From the NCBI GenBank assembly GCA_043826455.1, contig JBDRQD010000064.1, positions 1 to 48,154 of the forward strand: DNA of 48,154 nucleotides. The letters run 5' to 3'. Below the pieces are notes generated by a model. The model did not search any database. It was not told where the DNA came from and was given only the letters and a program-made list of their open reading frames with translations. Made by a program: the position numbers and the translations under genes. Source of the DNA: Candidatus Bathyarchaeota archaeon (lineage in GTDB: Archaea > Thermoproteota > Bathyarchaeia > TCS64). The number at the start of each line of letters is the position of its first letter. Position 1 is the stretch's first letter. This document shows, one piece after another, positions 45,846 through 48,154 of this stretch.

Positions 45846-46022
45846 ATGAGCATCAAGGTGGTGGAGCATGGGCCCTTCGGGTGCATGCTGGACCGCGGTT
45901 TGATAGAGTCCATGGACCAGATACCTGAAGGCTACTGCGTGGTGAGGGTGCAGGCGGGCGACGGTCTCACCGTGTACATCGACCCGGTGAAGGATGTAAA
46001 AGGGAGAGGGCTTGGGGCCTAG
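45846..46022 (+). CDS. Small hypothetical protein, 58 aa (MSIKVVEHGPFGCMLDRGLIES...)
   Basis: Not in ORF track; TTTATA about 27 nt upstream; host-like codons; stop overlaps the convergent aldolase stop. Confidence 0.55.
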   Translation: MSIKVVEHGPFGCMLDRGLIESMDQIPEGYCVVRVQAGDGLTVYIDPVKDVKGRGLGA

Positions 46023-46768
46023 CGGCCGGCCCTCTCCAGTGCTACCCTGGCGCCGTGCTCCATGAAGCTGTCGGCGCTGCCCACGGTGTTGTACCTGAAC
46101 CCCTTCTCTATGGCCCAGGCCACGTTGTTCACGTTGCAGTAGAGGCCGGCGGGCTTGCCGTGGTCCCCGGCCACCTTAACGACGTGGTCCAGGGCCTCCA
46201 GGAACTTGGGGTTGTCGTACTTGGGGGGCACGCTGAAGCCCAGGTTGTTGCTCAGGTCCCAGGGGCCCACGTAGCAGGCGTCCACGCCCTCCACGGCCAT
46301 GATCTTATCCAGGTTGTCCAGGCTCTTCCTGGTCTCCACCTGAACGGTAACCAGCATCGCTTCATTAGCCGTATCCCTGTAGTCCGGGTCCCGTCTCTCG
46401 GCCCTCCTGGGCCCCCAGCCTCTGATGCCCTCGGGCGGGTACCTGCAGGCCTTGACGGCGGCCTCTGCCTCTTCCCGGGTGTTGACCCAGGGCACCAGTA
46501 TGCCGTGGGCGCCTATGTCCAGGACCCGCTTGATGACCACGGGGTCGTTCCACTGGGGCCTCACGATGGGGGTGCAGTCGGAGCCGCTCATGCTCTGGAG
46601 CATACGCTCCATGGATTCGAAGCCCATGGGGCTGTGTTCGCCGTCGATGAGCAGCCAGTCGAATCCCATGTGGCTGAGTATCTCGGTTACGTCGGGGTGG
46701 CCCATCTCGATGAAGGTGCCTATGACGTTCTCGCCTTTGCGGAGCTTCTCTTTGAGTAAGTTCCTCAT
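46019..46768 (-). CDS. HpcH/HpaI aldolase family protein
   Basis: GFDW..ID.EH, P.VR...D...IKR.LD.GA.G, YPP.G.RG, QVET, VGP.DLS. Confidence 0.93.
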   Translation of the reverse strand: MRNLLKEKLRKGENVIGTFIEMGHPDVTEILSHMGFDWLLIDGEHSPMGFESMERMLQSMSGSDCTPIVRPQWNDPVVIKRVLDIGAHGILVPWVNTREEAEAAVKACRYPPEGIRGWGPRRAERRDPDYRDTANEAMLVTVQVETRKSLDNLDKIMAVEGVDACYVGPWDLSNNLGFSVPPKYDNPKFLEALDHVVKVAGDHGKPAGLYCNVNNVAWAIEKGFRYNTVGSADSFMEHGARVALERAGR

Positions 46769-46990
46769 ATTGTATCCTTTGAGTATGAGCCGGTGAGTAT
46801 AAAACTGGTTGGGGCATAGCCCGCACCTATCTTTTATTGCGCAGTTATCGAGTTACTAAGGACACGCCTGTTTGAGGGCCTTACAAATCGGGTGGGCACC
46901 TATGTAAGGCCGGTAATTACTGCCTGCTGCCCTGTAAGAGTAAGCTATTTAAACCGTTCAGGTAGTTTCATTTGCAATCAGGTGCATAGA

Positions 46991-47374
46991 ATGAAGTATC
47001 TAGGCCTGGATTACTGGATTAAGTGTCAGGAGGTCGCTAATGCTGACGAGGAGTTCGGCATCAAGACCAAGATGTTCAACGCCACCTTTACCTACAGGGC
47101 TACGGACAAGCCCGACCTGCCCCCCATCTACGTCAAGTTCGTGGACGGCAAGATCACTGAGGTGAGGAAGCTGGGGGAGGGTGAGAAGACCGACTTCACC
47201 CTGGAGGGCCCCTACAGCATCTGGGTGCAGGTGAACAAGGGTGAGCTGGACGGCAGCAACGCCATCATGACGCGGCAGCTCCAGTTCAAGGGCAACATGA
47301 GCGCCATCATCAGGTACAGCAAGGCGTTCCTGCGGCTCTTCGAGCTCATGCAGACCATCCCAGTGGACTACTAA
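46991..47374 (+). CDS. SCP2 sterol/lipid-binding domain protein
   Basis: DFTL.G.YS.W.....GELD...A.M...L..KGN. Confidence 0.85.
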   Translation: MKYLGLDYWIKCQEVANADEEFGIKTKMFNATFTYRATDKPDLPPIYVKFVDGKITEVRKLGEGEKTDFTLEGPYSIWVQVNKGELDGSNAIMTRQLQFKGNMSAIIRYSKAFLRLFELMQTIPVDY

Positions 47375-47477
47375 CTCTTTTTCTATTTGACCAATCTTCA
47401 AACAACTTCGCGGACTTTTTTCCTCAACTGAAAACCTTTTCTACCCCACACGCCTCACCTGATCAAAGGCGAGACAC

Positions 47478-47921
47478 GTGCTAGACGAGACATCGTTGAG
47501 GGTCCTGGAGGAGTACCTCCGGGACGCCAGGCAGAGCTTCCGGGAGATAGCCCGCCGAACAGGCTACAGCAGCGGAACTGTGGCCTCCAGGGTGAGGGAG
47601 ATGGAGGAGGCGGGTGTCATCAAACGGTACACGGTGCAGCTGGACTATGAGAGGCTGGGCTACGAGCTCACGGCCATCACCGAGATCATTGTCTCGGAGG
47701 GCATGATGCTGGAGGTGGGTGGCAGGATATCCAAGATACCCCAGACCATAGGGGTCTACAATGTGACGGGGGACTCGGACATCATGGTGGTGGCCAAGTT
47801 CAAGACTAGGCAGCAGCTCAGCGACTTCACCAAGAACCTGACGAAGATGCCCTACGTGGTGCGCACCAAGACTCATGTGGTGCTGAACACGTTGAAGGAG
47901 GAGCTGAGCCTCTTACCCTAG
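47478..47921 (+). CDS. Lrp/AsnC family regulator
   Basis: LDE....VL.....DAR.S..EIAR..G.S..TV..R...M...GVI..Y; VTG..D; T.T.VVL...KE. Confidence 0.95.
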   Translation: MLDETSLRVLEEYLRDARQSFREIARRTGYSSGTVASRVREMEEAGVIKRYTVQLDYERLGYELTAITEIIVSEGMMLEVGGRISKIPQTIGVYNVTGDSDIMVVAKFKTRQQLSDFTKNLTKMPYVVRTKTHVVLNTLKEELSLLP

Positions 47922-48154
47922 AGCCAGCCAAGAATAAGGGAATGCCCAGTTATTTGGAAATATTAAACTATAAAGGAATCTCTTTAGCTAAAAACACCGC
48001 AAAACTAACCCAAAAAATCTCACATTCTTCCAAGCAGCTGTCAGCCACCGCCATAAATGACGACGACTACCCCCCCACCCCTCCACACACAAGCCAATAA
48101 CAAACCACGGAGCCCCAGAGACCCCCCCCACAACACAATTCCCAGCCACTAGGA

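Noticed and set aside
47922..48154. Third copy of the 330-bp repeat at the window end
   Set aside because: It shares A/C skew and one short word (AGCCCCAGAGA) but cannot be aligned further; sequence beyond the window is needed.

Overview
GC-rich archaeal chromosomal segment, with TATA-box promoters, many apparently leaderless genes and archaeal informational genes. Gene order and content suggest the TACK group, plausibly Bathyarchaeia (inference). It carries a split/divergent Liv-type ABC transporter; the conserved priL-priS-gins-rpl44e-rps27e-aIF2alpha-nop10 cluster; rubredoxin; a KDG aldolase/kinase-like pair; a solo archaellin; fused guaA; archease; an ArsR-ArsR-hcp module; a SerK-like kinase facing serS; and assorted metabolic genes. 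No rRNA, tRNA, CRISPR array, transposase or integrase was recognised. The most unusual signals are: (1) two integrase-free islets, each apparently inserted into the 3' end of a housekeeping gene (guaA, acdA), leaving the displaced 3' end on the far side; (2) an alternating A-B-A-B-A array of CGTAATTAC palindromes with unique spacers; (3) a ~330-bp non-coding element present twice in inverted orientation; (4) a stand-alone Topo VI-A/Spo11-like gene divergent from a catalytically degenerate SNase-fold gene; (5) several pseudo-enzymes and small ORFs missing from the ORF track. All protein calls come from motif recognition by eye; no searches were run.
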